A stretch of 64,000 nucleotides of DNA from Squalus acanthias. Its lineage: Eukaryota. The position numbers and the translations under genes were made by a program. The stretch's first letter is position 1, and every line of letters begins with the position of its first letter. Location: positions 806,001-870,000 of the forward strand of contig CM059433.1 in NCBI GenBank assembly GCA_030390025.1, read 5' to 3'. Shown here piece by piece: positions 36,776 to 50,200 of this stretch. A model generated the notes under the pieces. The model was not told the origin of the DNA. It saw only the letters and a program-made list of their open reading frames with translations, and ran no database searches.

Positions 36776-37908
36776 TCTTGTTCCATGAGTTTCCGTTGCC
36801 TCAGCCTCTAAGATAACAAACAGCTCATACACAGTAACAAAGCCAATCTCTGCTGTCTCACATATTTCCTCAGAGCATAGCCCCCGAGTGTGTTGTAAAG
36901 TCTGTCAAAGTGGTTATTCAGGGAATTTCCTTCTTAAATTATTTTTGTTGCTGGGAAGCTTGGGCAATATGGATTGTGAGTATAGATGAGAACTCTACGT
37001 TTGGTCACATGCATTCATAGAACATTCACATATTACCAAATTAGCACAAATGCAGTCTAAAAAAATGTGATAGATTACCACACTGGTATTCTTTGTAGCT
37101 GGTCGATATGTAAGGTAGTCAAAGGCTCCCTCTGGTGTCACACCAGCCACCCATTTACCTTGCTGCACTTTGCTTTCATTGTATGAAACCCAATGGCTGA
37201 AGAAGGTGAGAGTTCATACTGCTATGGATGAGTAATAATGAGAGGCTGGCACTGGCTGATAGGTCTTCAGAATGGTTGCACACCAGTGCTAACTTTGCAA
37301 AGACTCAGTCCTTCTTGTTCCTTCTGCCATTTTGTGTTTTATTTGTTGGATTGACTGATGCCCGCATGCTAACTAATAACATTCTGAGGCCAATAAGGCC
37401 TTTTATTTAGCAGCAGTTTTACAACGTTCTTCTTATACCAAGTAAACAATGCTTGGCTCGAGATAGTTTCAGTTCAGTTACTGAATACGAGCATCAAAGT
37501 TTAGTGTCATAAGAACAAAAGTGCAAACAGCCTACATGAGTGCATTATGGATATTCTCCACACCCTTGGACCGATTACTGAACATGGGAAATAGCAAATA
37601 GACCAGCAACAGTTACAAATTCATTCAGGATTTGACTTTCAAAACACAGCAAACTCTCATTAACCTAACCTTCACTAATATGCTGAATTTTCTGAACAGA
37701 GTTTGTTAATAATGCACCGATAGCTTCCAGTTATAACCTTTTAGTGACCTCCCATGCCATTGCTCACAAAGAAGCCAAATAGTGAATCTGTCTTCTGGCA
37801 ACATCGTCTCTGCTCTTCTCCCACCCTTTAATTGTTTCTGTCTCCTTCTCTCTGCCTTTCGTTTTGTCTTTTTCTCTATCTCACACTTTCTCTTGTTGTC
37901 ACATCTAT

Positions 37909-38818
37909 GGCCGAAATTTTAATTGGGAGGCGGGTTGGGAGCAGTGGGGTGGGGGGTGGGGGGGGACGGTGTTGAGGCTCAGAGGTGGTCAGGAGATTCG
38001 GGAGAACGAGTTTCCCGCAGACCCTGCCTAATTTAACTGCAGGGCCTAATTTACATTTGAAACCTCTGTTTCCCACCCACAGCCAACCAGATGGAGAAGC
38101 TGTCTGGCTGCGGGCAGGTAGGTCTGCCGGACTAGGCTGCAGAGAGGAGGGAGGGATTGAGTGGGGGCTGGGGGATGGTTGGGGGCTGGAGGAGGATCAG
38201 AGTGGGGAGGGAGAGAACGGGGCCAGCATCAAGGGATCGGGGGTGGGGGCCTGGAGATGATCGGGGGCGAGGGAGAGAACATTGAGGGGCCTGGAGATGA
38301 TCGGGGGTGAGGGAGAGAACATTGAGGGGCCTGGAGATGATCGGGGGCGAGGGAGAGAACATTGAGGGGCCTGGAGATGATCGGGGGCGAGGGAGAGAAC
38401 ATTGAGGGGCCTGGAGATGATCGGGGGCGAGGGAGGTGGGAAGGTAATCAGAAGCCTTGGGGGGTGGGGGGGGTGGTGCAGGATCAGAGGCCTCATGGCG
38501 TAGTCTCCGATCACGGGCGGTGGGTTAGGCAGGGTCGCTGGATCCAGGTGTAAAGACACTTTCCTCCTGGATCCAGACGTTCTCGCCTTGCATTAGCTGG
38601 CGGGTTTCCCTCGGTGCCGAAATCTGACCAGCTACAGTTAAATTTAAAATGGTGGTTAAATCTGAGGCACACCAGCCTCATTGTAATATTTAAATGGGCT
38701 GCCCGCCTCCGTTAAAACCGGAAGTGGGCGGGTTGAAGGCCGGTTCTGGTCAGGAATTCTAACACTTCAAATTCCACCCGACCCCAACCCGCTCATTTTT
38801 TGGGGTTAAAATCCACCC
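37909..38818. mobile_element. Old Harbinger-type MITE
   Basis: Degenerate GG..ATTTTAA termini; GC-rich body resembling 45125-45745 and about 49700-50045; no clear TSD. Confidence 0.55.
38246..38434. repeat. 40-bp tandem repeat, about 4.7 copies
   Basis: ggggcctggagatgatcgggggcgagggagagaacattga. Confidence 0.95.
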
Positions 38819-40402
38819 ACCCCCCGTATCTCTGTTTCCACTTCTTTTCTTACTTTCACTGTATGTCTCTTCTCTCCTCTGTTCCCCTGCTCTCTCTCTC
38901 TGTTCTGAATCTCTGTCTCATTTTCTGTAGGCCTCTCACACACTTTTGCTTTCTCTGTATCTTGCTCTTTCTTTCTTTTCCTCTCTTTTCCCACGGAGCG
39001 CTGGAGCCAGACTTTGAATAGGCCCAAAGTGGGGATGGGCCTCGGGTTGAGAGGGAACTGGGTTTAAGTGAGTTCAGATGGTGGAATTTTGAGGCTTGTG
39101 AGAGAATGCAGCTGGGAGGGAGTTCAGGGAGGAGAGTAGAAGTGGGCAGGGTCTGGGCGGGGACTGGCAGCATTGGGACGAATCTAGCATGTACCCCAAA
39201 GCAATTTGTTGTGTCTGGATAATGCCTGGTGTATTGTATTAATTGTAGTGAAAGTCTGGACCCCTGCACTTTACCAAAATCCAAAAATAATTGTGGCTTT
39301 TATCCGTTGTATCCAGATGTAAATGTGGTCTAACGAGCTCTAACCACAGAATAATGAATCCATCAGCTCATGTGAACTGAACTGTGGGTTAAAGTAACCA
39401 CATCCACAGAGACACTTGTATGGTTAAAGTGCGCCACAAGTTCCATTCAGGCTCCAACACCATGTGAGACGATAAACGTGAAGGCCCTGCATTCCGTCCT
39501 TTCAGTCCTGTCACAGAGTCTGAGTGTACATCATGGCCAGCACCCAGATATGATAAATATCTCTGTAACTGACTTACATTTGGGCTTGTGGAGTGGAGAT
39601 ATTGATCGTATCTCATGACTTGCCGAGACATATCTATTTATAGCACTTTGGAGCATATTTTCAACCGAAAATAAGATATACTTTTGCAGTTTTATTAGTC
39701 CAAGGATATCAGAACATTGCTTGGTGCTTCTCCATGTGGGGGGAGAATTGCTACATAAAGCAAACTGGTAAGCACGTTCTTTTTGAATCTGTGATGTGCT
39801 ACATGTAGTGAAAGAGCACAATTCTGCCCCCCCCTCACCCCCCATGGTAAACATTTGGACATTCTCTTTTGAATTTTTTCAAGAATTCAGGACTGCTGGT
39901 CTCCCTTCCTTAATAATAGATCGGTGGATAACTGATCCAAACAGGGAAGATCCCAACTCCAATTTCTGGCCTGGAATGGTTGTAGGGCGTTATAATTGAT
40001 CTGAGCGGCATATCATATCATCTGAGCAGAGTAAGGTAATAATAGAGGGTTAGTCAGTAGAATTGCCACTGATGCTCAATTTTCTATTTTGTTTTAACAC
40101 AGTTATGATTAGGAGAAGCGGTCATTATTGATGCATGGGCAAGTTTTTCAACACCGGGAATGCACAGCACCGGACTCTTGTGGTCCACCTGGCCAATCCA
40201 AAGTTCAAAAGAAAATCTTTGCATGGCTTTTATCTTTCATATTCTTCAATCAGTTTCTCTGTGACATACAAGACTACAGCACCTCTGGTGAGAGGTCATT
40301 TCCCCACCCCCTTCACCTTCAAATGAATATCTTGAGAATTTTCCGCCACTCCTGAACACTTATCATCTACCTACTGTAAAATCGGAGTCCCCCAGTTACA
40401 CG

Positions 40403-40975
40403 GGTAGACTTGACTATTCCAGCACTCTCCTGGCTGGCCTCCCACGTTCTACCCTACGTAAACTTGAGGTCATCCAGAACTCTGCTGCCTGTGTCCTAAC
40501 TCGCACCAAGTCCCATTCACCCATCACCCCTGTGCTCGCTGACCTACACTGGCTCCGGGTTAAGCAACATCTCAATTTTATAATTCACATTCTTGTTTTC
40601 AAATCCCTCCATGGCCTCGCCCCTCCCTATCTTTGTAATCTCCTCCAGCCCCACAACCCCCGAGATCTCTGCGTTCTCTAATTCTGGCCTCTTGCGCATC
40701 CCTGATTTCAATCGCTCCACCATTGGTGGCCGTGCCTTCAGCTGCTGAGGCCCTAAGCGCTGGAATTCCCTCCCTAAACCTCTCCGCCTCTCTACCTCTT
40801 TCCTCCTTTAAGACGCTCCTTAAAACCTACCTCTTTGACCAAGCTTTTGGTCACCTGCCCTAACATCTCCTTATGTGGCTCGATGTCAAATTTTGTTTTA
40901 TAATGCTCCTGTGAAGCGCCTTGAGATGTTTTACTACGTTAAAGGTGCTATATAAATACAAGTTGTTGATGTTGT
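40403..40975 (+). mobile_element. L2 LINE 3' end
   Basis: RLDYSS.LL, IQNSAA, ITPVLADLHWL and WNSLP peptides; (ttg)n tail. Confidence 0.9.
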
Positions 40976-41035
40976 TTATTTTTCAATGTGAACGGGACAG
41001 TAGTAAGACTCACTATATGAGTAACTGTAGGACTG

Positions 41036-42293
41036 TACAACGACATGCAAGCTGTGATCCTGACCAACGGTTCCACCACAGACCCAATTCACATACGGAC
41101 CGGGGTCAAGCAAGGCTGCATCATCGCAGCAACGCTCTTCTCGATCTTCCTTGCTGCAATGCTCTATCTCACCCTCAGTAAGCTCCCCCTGGAGTGGAGC
41201 TAATTTACAGAACAAATGGGAAACTGTTCAACCTCTGTCGCCTCCAGCCCAGATCCAAGGTCGTCCCATCCTCTGTCGTCGAATTACAGTATGCAGACGA
41301 CGCTTGCGTCTGCGCTCACTCGGAGGTCGAACTCCAAACCATAATCAACATCTTCACCGAAGCGTACGAGAGCATGGGCCTTACACTAAACATCTGTAAG
41401 ACAAAGGTCCTCTACCAACCTGCCCCCGCCACACAGTACTGCCCCCCGATTATCAAAATCCACGACAAGGCCTTGGACAACGTGGACCACTTTCCATACC
41501 TCGGGAGCCCACTGTCAACAAGGGCAGACATCGATGACGAAGTCCAACACCGCCTTCAGTGTGCCAGTGCAGCCTTCGGTCGACTGAGGAAGAGAGTGTT
41601 TGAAGACCAGGACCTCAAACCCGGCACTAAGCTCTTGGTCTACAGAGCAGCAGTGATACCCGCCCTGCTGTATGCCTCAGAGACATGGACCATGTACAGC
41701 AGGCACCTCAAAGCACTGGAGAGGTACCACCAACGCTGCCTCCGCAAGATCCTGCAAATCCATTGGCAGGATAGGCGCACCAACGTCAGTGTTCTCGCTC
41801 AGGCCAACATCCCCAGCATCGAAGCTTTGACCACGCTCGATCAGCTCCGATGGATGGGTCACATCGTCCGCATGTCCGATACGAGACTCCCAAAACAAGC
41901 GCTCTACTCGGAGCTCCGACACGGCAAGAGAGCCCCAGGTAGGCAGAGGAAATGCTTCAAGGACACCTTCAAAGCTTCCTTGAAAAAGTGCAACATCCCC
42001 ACTGACACCTGGGAATCCCTGGCCCAAGACCGCACAAAGTGGAGGAGAAGCATCCGTGAAGGCGCCTGAACACCTAGAGTCTCTTCGTCGGGAGCAAGCG
42101 GAAGCCAAGCGCAAGCAGTGCAAGGAGCGCACGTCAACCCAAGCACCCCACCCACCCGCCCCTTCAACCACCGTCTGCCCCACCTGTGACAGAGACTGTA
42201 GGTCCCGCATTGGACTCATCAGTCACCTGAGAACTCATTTTTAATGTGGAAGCAAGTCATCCTCGGTTCCGAGGGACTGCCTAAGAAGGAAGG
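41036..42293 (+). mobile_element. 5'-truncated RTE-clade LINE
   Basis: 13-bp TSD AACTGTAGGACTG (41023-41035, 42294-42306); GVKQG, YADD, LLYASETW motifs; C-terminal C2H2 finger; short (AAGG) tail. Confidence 0.92.
41194..42069 (+). pseudogene. RTE RT C-terminal region; a frameshift separates the C2H2 tail (to 42244)
   Basis: LQYADD, F.YLGS, RLPKQALYSEL; CPTCDRDCRSRIGLISHLRTH. Confidence 0.85.
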
Positions 42294-43069
42294 AACTGTA
42301 GGACTGGATCATGAGGTAGGACAAGCCCTCTGCACAGTTTTGTATATATCCTCGGTCTTTTATAATCATTGGACTATTATAAATGAGTTTATTAAAAATC
42401 TGACATTAGTATAATGCAACATTCATCACCCACTATCTTTTCTGCAGGCCCAGGGAGAGTGGGATTTAGCATTTTAACTACTATTGTAGTATTTGAGCCG
42501 GTTGTGTCAGTTTAAAGAGATGTGTTGATCAGGACCAATGTTTATTTTAATAAGTTTTGAGGTACAGTCACGATGAGTCACTGCCAGATAATGCTGCTGT
42601 TTATGTTAGAAGGCAGATTCTGTAATTACAATTAAATATGACCAACAATTCCAAATAGTTCTACACCTGTTTCAAGGGAATGGGGAATAAATTCACTATC
42701 AGGAGTCTCACAGGAGCGAATCGATGATCTTCGTATATTAATGTTCTTGGGATAATTTTGCCAAACAACGTGGGGTTATTTACACCTTTCCCGCTTGGGC
42801 AGTAACCTGGCGAAGCAATTCCTCTGTAGAACTTGTCCGATTTTCATCCCATTGAAATCAACGGGATGACAATCGGATTAGTTCTGTAACGAGCAGATGA
42901 TCCACTCCGCCAGGCGTGAAAGTTGACGATTACCACCAGTTAAACAGCTCTCTTGATTTTCATTTCCATTCAGGTTACTGGAAGCAAAAATGGGGAAAGG
43001 TGTTTAACGGGCGGCCGAACCGTTATTGCGCGTTTTACGCTATCGCCCAAAGTCAACATTACCCCCAAT

Positions 43070-43232
43070 CAACGTTCCCTCTAAGCTGCACGGCCGCACA
43101 GCTCTCAGCCGGTCCCGCGCATTCCGGATCCTGCTTTTCTAATGTTAAATTCCGTGCATGCGCAAAACTGTGAATGGGCCACACAGCCCCTTAAAGGGGC
43201 CGCGTACCTAAATAAAAATGAGGGGAACATTG
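43070..43232. mobile_element. hAT-type MITE
   Basis: TIR CAACGTTCCC / GGGAACATTG; 8-bp TSD CCCCCAAT / CCCCTAAT. Confidence 0.75.
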
Positions 43233-43430
43233 CCCCTAATGTCTATTGACAATGCCCTAGAATGTCTGTACCTAACTAAACATGAATGATGCCTTTATGG
43301 TTGCAAAAATCGATTTCTATTTTGTTGCCTTATGATTGAAGACTATGGCCTGGAAAATCCTTGTCAATGGCGATGGAATGATGCCACGTTTGGGGCAAGT
43401 AGGAGGCATGCATGGCTGGAAATCAAAGCA

Positions 43431-43773
43431 GGACCAGGTTCTGCCGGGTCTCCATGTGCCACCAGTTCCGTCGCCAGTGGGACCAGGTTCTGCCGGGTCT
43501 CCATGTGCCACCAGTTCCGTCGCCAGTGGGACCAGGTTCTGCTGTGTCTCCATGTGCCATTAGTTCTGTCGCCAGTGGGACCAGGTTCTGCCAGGTCTCC
43601 ATGTGCCACCAGTTCCGTCGCCAGTGGGACCAGGTTCTGCTCTGTCTCCATGTGCCACCAGTTCTGTCGCCAGTGGGACCAGGTTCTGCTCTGTCTCCAT
43701 GTGCCACCAGTTCTGTCGCCAGTGGGACCAGGTTCTGCCGGGTCTCCATGTGCCACCAGTTCCGTCGCCAGTG
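43431..43773. repeat. 49-bp minisatellite, 7 copies
   Basis: ggaccaggttctgccgggtctccatgtgccaccagttccgtcgccagtg. Confidence 0.97.
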
Positions 43774-44231
43774 GGATGGGTGTTTTTTGCACCCACTCTT
43801 TCAGTCCTGGCATTCCTGAAAGAGGCAGTACTCATAGGATGTCACCATCTGCTAGAATTGCCCACAGCTTTATGCTTGCCTGCATGAAGCAGGAGTACAT
43901 AATGTGCCAAGAGCTTATCCTGGCAGAAGTGAAGCCAAGTAAATTGTGAAAGGGTTAGTTCCTTAGAGCAACCAATCAACAATAAGGAACCCAGACTTTT
44001 GGGAAGATGAACCACATTGATGATCCTCATCTGGCACTGCTGGCTCTCAGACACAGCGGCACAGCGCCATTGAAAGTCTCTGCTACCCCAACAGGTGAGA
44101 GCCTCAGCAGTGTCACAAATGGTACAGATACCAACCTACTCACCTGCACACTCAATCATGCACTCAAGCACAACACCACGTCACACCTTATGTTACCACG
44201 TAGATAATATTTGAAGAGGTGGAATGCAGTC

Positions 44232-44615
44232 ATTTGAGCACAAAATCTAGACTGACACGTCAGTGCAGTACTGAAAGTGCACTGCGTTGTCAGAGGTACT
44301 GTCCTTCGGATGAGACATTAAACTAATGCCCCATCTGCCTGTTCAAGTGGATGTAAATGATCCCTTGGCCCTGTTTTTTTGAAGAGGAGCATTGATTTCT
44401 CCATGTCCCCATGCCAACATTCATCCCTCAATCCACATCAGCAAACAGTCATTCATCTCATTACTGTTTGTGGGATCTTGCTGTGCACAAATTGGCTGCC
44501 ACGTTTGCCTACATAACAACAGTGACTACAATTTAAAAGTAATTAATTGGCTGTGAGGCTCTGTGAGGAATGAATTAGGACATGAAATGCACTATAGAAA
44601 GGAATATTCTTTCTT
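44232..44615 (+). mobile_element. Deu-domain SINE (head lost)
   Basis: tgtttgtgggatcttgctgtgcacaaattggctgcc core and tail. Confidence 0.75.
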
Positions 44616-45124
44616 GGTTTCAGAAATAGCAATTAATTGGGCAGGAAGCTCTTTGGGAAATTCTGAGCTGTAATAAATACAAGTTAATTATTTTTCTCAG
44701 AAGAACCAATTGCGCCTCCCATGATGCCAGCATCTTTCATTATTTACTTCATCTTTTGCAAACACTGGCCCACAAGTATATCCAGCCCGGGTGATTTAAA
44801 CAGTCAGTTTAAGGAGGGTGCACTGATTGAATCACAAAGCATAAGTGAGCAAGCAGGATAAAGTGGCAGTAAAGACCTTTTCATCTGGTATCACTTAAAG
44901 CATGAAATACTGCCATTGGACTACTTTCAAAACAATCCCCAGCATTAATGTCATATTGACTTGCCAAATGACACTGGACCCAGGAGCTTGCAGTTAGATA
45001 CCGTCCACTCTCTGAGGAGGGGTGGATGTTTGTAGGTATTTAAGAGGCACTTTAAAGATCTTCCTGTTCTGCTGAACTCTTGGAAATATTTTCCTTACAG
45101 TTTTTTTGTGATATTGGAAACAAT

Positions 45125-45745
45125 GGGCTGGATTTTCCCGGCTCTCACCCGCAGAGTGCGGGGGGACCCGGGAGACGGCGGGAAACCCGGAAGGTTGTGT
45201 TTCCCGGCACGCTGCGTGCGTGCAACGTCTGGGGCGGTTCCCCGTCCCGAAGTCAGCCTGATTGACAGGAACACGGAGAAGGAGGCTACAGGACCAGGTA
45301 TGTGCTGGGTCCAGGATGGTGGTGTGGTGGGGGGAGGTTCCAAGCCTGGGGGGAGGGGTCGATCCCCCAGAGGGGGGTGTGTTCCAGGCCCGGGGGTGGG
45401 GGGGGGGGAGCAGATCCCCAACCCCGGGGAGTGCCAGGCTGATGATGGGGGAGCTTGGGGGGGAGGGCCGGGAGGAAGCACTCCTGCTCCTCCCGGCCCA
45501 CAAGCATTGCTCCCCGAGGCTGAGGCCGCCTCATTGCAGCCACTGGGAATCCCGAGCCCCGGGATCCCCGGCCACCTGCAGTTTAAGCAAAGCAGGTTAA
45601 AGGAGAGGCTGCAGGCCTCATTATAATATTTAAATTGCCAACCTGCCTCTTGGTCAGGGTTCACATTTTTTCAACTTTCACTTCCCCCCCACCCCACCCC
45701 CCCGCACCTCCAACCCACCCATTCTTACCTCTGAAAATTCCAGCC
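45125..45745. mobile_element. Harbinger-type MITE
   Basis: GGGCTGGATTTTC / GAAAATTCCAGCC ends; AAT duplicated on both sides. Confidence 0.75.
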
Positions 45746-47484
45746 AATGATTCAGGAGCAGCACCACCCAGCCTTCACTTCCTATGCACTTCCTCACCTC
45801 CCCAGGTCTCCATTCATCGCTGCCACTCACCTCAATCCTTACGCATGTGATGCATCTGTCTGATAGTCACTCTCACTGAATGCACTGCATCCATCCAGTG
45901 AATACGTGACCTTCATTCACTCACAGGTCTGGTTTTTGCCTAATGTAGAAGAGAGCGCAAAATGAGAGGGCGAGGGAGAGGGCTGGAGGTGGCCTGCCAC
46001 AAATAGTCCAGCTCACAGATGCAGAGGAGGAGGCCCTGTAGATAGATGGCACATCTGTGTCCCTCTCAGTCGGAGGTGGAGAGACTGGGAACGTGCAGAT
46101 AGCTGGTGACAGAACTACAACTATCTCTGACACACATACGCTGACTTTATTTCATCAATGACTGAACGATGAGAAGACTGAGTATGGTGATTGTCAGGAT
46201 TGTTACTTTGCCACGATTCATATCCCTGTCTTTTGTCTTCCAGGGCCTTCATGCGCAGAGTTGCTGGAGATGCATGAGGACGATTCCTCCAAGAACCTCA
46301 TCCTTCTGAGGTGCACCATCACAGGAAGTACAGCCGTGCAGCAGCACAAATTCACGGATTTCAGTGGGTTCACTTCGAGAGTTAGTTGGGTTTTCACCTG
46401 GTGATTCACAATTCACAAGTGAGCACGGGCAGACACGGATGGCAGGGACAGCTGTGGAGAGTCCGTGTCAGGGGGCACAAGATGCTGGACACAGATGCTG
46501 AACCCTGGGTGCCATCATTGAGAAGGAGAATGATAGAGGTGCATCAGCAACTTAGCCAGGTACGGACAGACGTGCCACGTACACTCTCCACAACGGTGGC
46601 GAGGATGAAGGAGACCAACTCCAACAGTAGTCGATTGGTGTCGCAGGTAATTGCGAGATTGTCTGCCATGGAGAGAATGGCTGCCTTCGTGGAGCTTCAT
46701 GGCCGGCTCTCAAATGAGTCCATCCAGGCCATGACCACGGCTGTGCAGACTTTGGATGCCAACATGTCTGCCGCCTTAAATAGGATGACAGAAACCTTAT
46801 CCTTGGCCTTACAACTGATCTTCATCAATCTGGTCTGCGCAGAGTGGTCAGAGCGATGTGACACTGGCCCAGTAGAGGGATGATGGTGAAAGGGGACATG
46901 GAAGTAGGAACTCCACTCAAAGCGTTCCCACTTCTCACCATTGTCCCAGCCTCGGCCACTTCCCAACATGCTGCCTCCTGTCCCGATGGCCAGTCTGCCC
47001 CTGCACAGGTGCAGGTGGAGCAGTATTTGGCGGGACCCTCAGGGGCTCCAAAACCCAGAGGGCAGGGGCCAAAAGCATCTCAGCAGTCAGAGCATGGATC
47101 TGCGCAGCCTGCCTCTACCTCTGTTGAAGTCACATGGGATGCACCACATAGAAGCAGAAAGAAGCGTTCGTTGTCACATAAAATTTATTGATTAGCACCA
47201 CTACCATGTCTTGCCCATTATTGCGTTCTGAGTGCCAACCTGGCCTTTCACTTGTTTCATGATGAATGTCAATAAATGATGGGTCCCAATGGGTGCATGA
47301 GTGGTTGAAGGACTGTTTTGTGCAAAGCGAGGGGTGGTGGAGGTTAGTGCTGGTGGTGGCTTTCATTTTTTATTTGTTCCAGTAGGAATAACTAACGAAA
47401 CCTTCGAGCTATAAGGGCACCCTGGCATCCCGAGCAGCTGGTCTCGCGATTGGTGCCCCATCTTCATATTCCTCTTGTTCTCCA

Positions 47485-47920
47485 CTTTGGTAGGAAAAAT
47501 GGAAAAGCAGAATATTTTTTAAAAGCTGAGAAAATGGGAAATGTTGATATTCAGAGGGACCTGGGTGTCCTTGTACACGATTAACAGAAAGTTAACACAC
47601 AGGCACAGCAAGCAATTAGGAAAGCAAATGGTATGTTAACCTTTATTACAAAAGGATTGGAGTATAAGAGTAAAGAAGTCTTACTGTAATTATATGGGGC
47701 CCTGGTGAGACCACACCTGGAGTATTGTGTACAGGTTGGTCTCCTTACCTAAGGAAGGATATACTTGCCTTAGAGGGAGTGCAACGAAGGTTCACCAGGC
47801 TGATTCCTAGGGTGGGTATTGTCTTTTGAGGAGAGATTGAGTTGCCATGAATTTATTGAATGGTGGAGCAGGCTCGAAGGGCCGAATGGCCCACTCCTGC
47901 TTCTATTTCTTATGTTCTTA
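47485..47920 (+). mobile_element. Internally deleted CR1 family A inserted in the transposase C-terminus
   Basis: Matches about 630-940 plus the 3' UTR; tgttctcc on both sides. Confidence 0.8.
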
Positions 47921-48900
47921 TGTTCTCCTCTTCAATGTTCTCCTCATCAGAAGATGCCTGATGAGCGCCTTGTTCGTCCTCCACCTGTAATCCTCTCTGC
48001 TGCACAATGTTGTGCAGGACGCTACACATCACTGTCATTCTGGACACACTGGCTGGCGAGTACTGCAGGGCTCCTCCAGATCTATCTAGGCACCTGAAGT
48101 GCATCTTCAACATTACAATGGCTTGCTCTATATGACACATCTGGTGGTCATGTGGCTCTCGGTGTAGCGCTCCTGCGCCTCATTGGTGGGGTTCCTCACA
48201 GGTGTCATGAGCCAAGTTTGAAGGGGTATCCCTTGTCTCCTACGAGCCAGCCCTTATTTCTGTTTCCTGGTATGAAGAGGTTTGGAATGTTGGACTGCTG
48301 CAGTATAAAAGCATCATGATGGCTCCCAGGGAATCTCGTGCAGACCTGCATGAACCTCATCTTGTGGTTGCACTCCAGCTGTGCACTGAGGGAATAAAAT
48401 CCCTTGCGATTGATAAAAACTCCTGGTTGATCTGGTGGTCCACGGATTGCCACATGTGTGCAATCAATGGCACCCTGTACCTGTGGGAAGCCAGCCAGAG
48501 AGGTGAATACGAGTGTCCGCTCATTCTGGCCATTGTCATCGCAGGGGAAGTTGACATGTCAATGCCCTGACAAATGACTCATCCATGACTTGCCGTATAC
48601 ATTTATGGGAAGCTGACTGAGACACCCTTGAGATGTCTCTGGTGGTGCACTGGAAGGAGCCATAGGCAAAGAAATTGAGGGCAATGGTGACTTTCACAGT
48701 GACGGGCAATGCATGGCCACCAGGTCCAGCAGGGAGCAGCTCTTCTGGAAGAAGGCTGCAGATGACCGCGACCACCTGCCGTGTCAGTCTGAGCCTGTGG
48801 AAACACTGCTCTTCAGATAAGTCAAGGAAGCTGAGCTTCTGTAGATAGAGCTTCTCACGTGGATAGTGCCTCTTGCGACCTCGGCCCCTCTGTTACTCTC

Positions 48901-49455
48901 CTCCCTCCTGTGCCCCTCTCTCCTGTGCCCCTCTCCTGTGCCCCTCTCTCCTGTGCCCCTCTCCTGTGCCCCTCTCCTGTGCCCCTCTCTCCTGTGCCCC
49001 TCTCCTGTGCCCCTCTCTCCTGTGCCCCTCCCTCCTGTGCCCCTCCCTCCTGTGCCCCTCTCTCCTGTGCCCCTCTCCTGTGCCCCTCCCTCCTGTGCCC
49101 CTCCCTCCTGTGCCCCTCTCCTGTGCCCCTCTCTCCTGTGCCCCTCCCTCCTGTGCCCCTCCCTCCTGTGCCCCTCTCCTGTGCCCCTCCCTCCTGTGCC
49201 CCTCCCTCCTGTGCCCCTCCCTCCTGTGCCCCTCCCTCCTGTGCCCCTCCCTCCTGTGCCCCTCTCCTGTGCCCCTCTCTCCTGTGCCCCTCTCTCCTGT
49301 GCCCCTCCCTCCTGTGCCCCTCCCTCCTGTGCCCCTCCCTCCTGTGCCCCACTCCTGTGCCCCTCCCTCCTGTGCCCCTCTCCTGTGCCCCTCTCTCCTG
49401 TGCCCCTCTCCTGTGCCCCTCCTGTGCCCCTCCCTCCTGTGCCCCTCCCTCCTGT
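48901..49455. repeat. 13-15-bp variant minisatellite (TCCTGTGCCCC plus TC/TCCC/TCTC), about 38 units
   Basis: Directly visible; lies in the transposase N-terminal coding region. Confidence 0.97.
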
Positions 49456-50200
49456 ACATCTGCTGATCCCACCACAACACGCCGTCACTGCCGTGGATGG
49501 TGTTTGACTTCCTCGTCTGATGTAGTGTTAAAAACATCCATGGCACCTCCCATCCTGCTGATGTCTGCTTGAAAGCCACCAAACTTCTCAAAAACCTCTC
49601 TGCTGACAAGGACTCACTGCTAAACATTTGCCAGAGGGAGCTGACAAAAAAGCTGTAAGAACTGAGCCTTTATTGAATTCGGAAAATCTGAGCTTTAAAG
49701 ACCCCCTGAAGTGCAGCTCAATCTCGCCTCCTTTTCCCTGGCGGGTTTCCCGAGCCCCGGGAAACCCGTGCTGGAGGCGTTAACTTCAAAAGACTGTTTA
49801 ATTCAATTGAAAATTCCCTCATTACCATGTAATTATGACGTGAAATGCTGTGTTAATTACGACCCTCCTGTGCTAATGATCGCACCGACTCCGGTGAGCA
49901 GGTTAATCGCACGCGGCCAAATGCGTCTCAGTTAAATCGTAAGTGGGCACGTTGGAGATGCGTTGCAGTCGTGCTTGAATTTTCTTCAATTTTTACGACC
50001 CACCCGACCCCAACCCACCCATTTTTGGAGGTTAAAATTCCCCCCTCCCCCCGTGTAAGTGGGCAGAAGCAACACTGGGTGGTACTTCTGCCTGAAGATC
50101 GTAAAATGCTTAGGGCACTAAAACCCCTAATTTACATACAGTATCCATGTGAAATGAAACTGCTGCACAGAATAAACAAGAGCAACTTACTGGACACCCT

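Larger units (their letters stand above)
45750..50045. mobile_element. Decayed Harbinger: Myb exons (plus, about 45927-47191), transposase pseudogene (minus, about 47400-49540) and right TIR
   Basis: KVTIALNFFAYGSFQ, NRKGFYSL, GDKGY, IEQAI and FRCLDRSGGALQY peptides; end TTAAAATTCCCCCC. Confidence 0.85.

Noticed and set aside
43431..43773. CRISPR-like array
   Set aside because: Units are contiguous with no unique spacers, there are no cas genes, and the context is eukaryotic.
48784..49627. Six overlapping ORFs of about 200-240 aa (Cys/Pro-rich or Gly/Arg-rich)
   Set aside because: Artefacts of a stop-free minisatellite.
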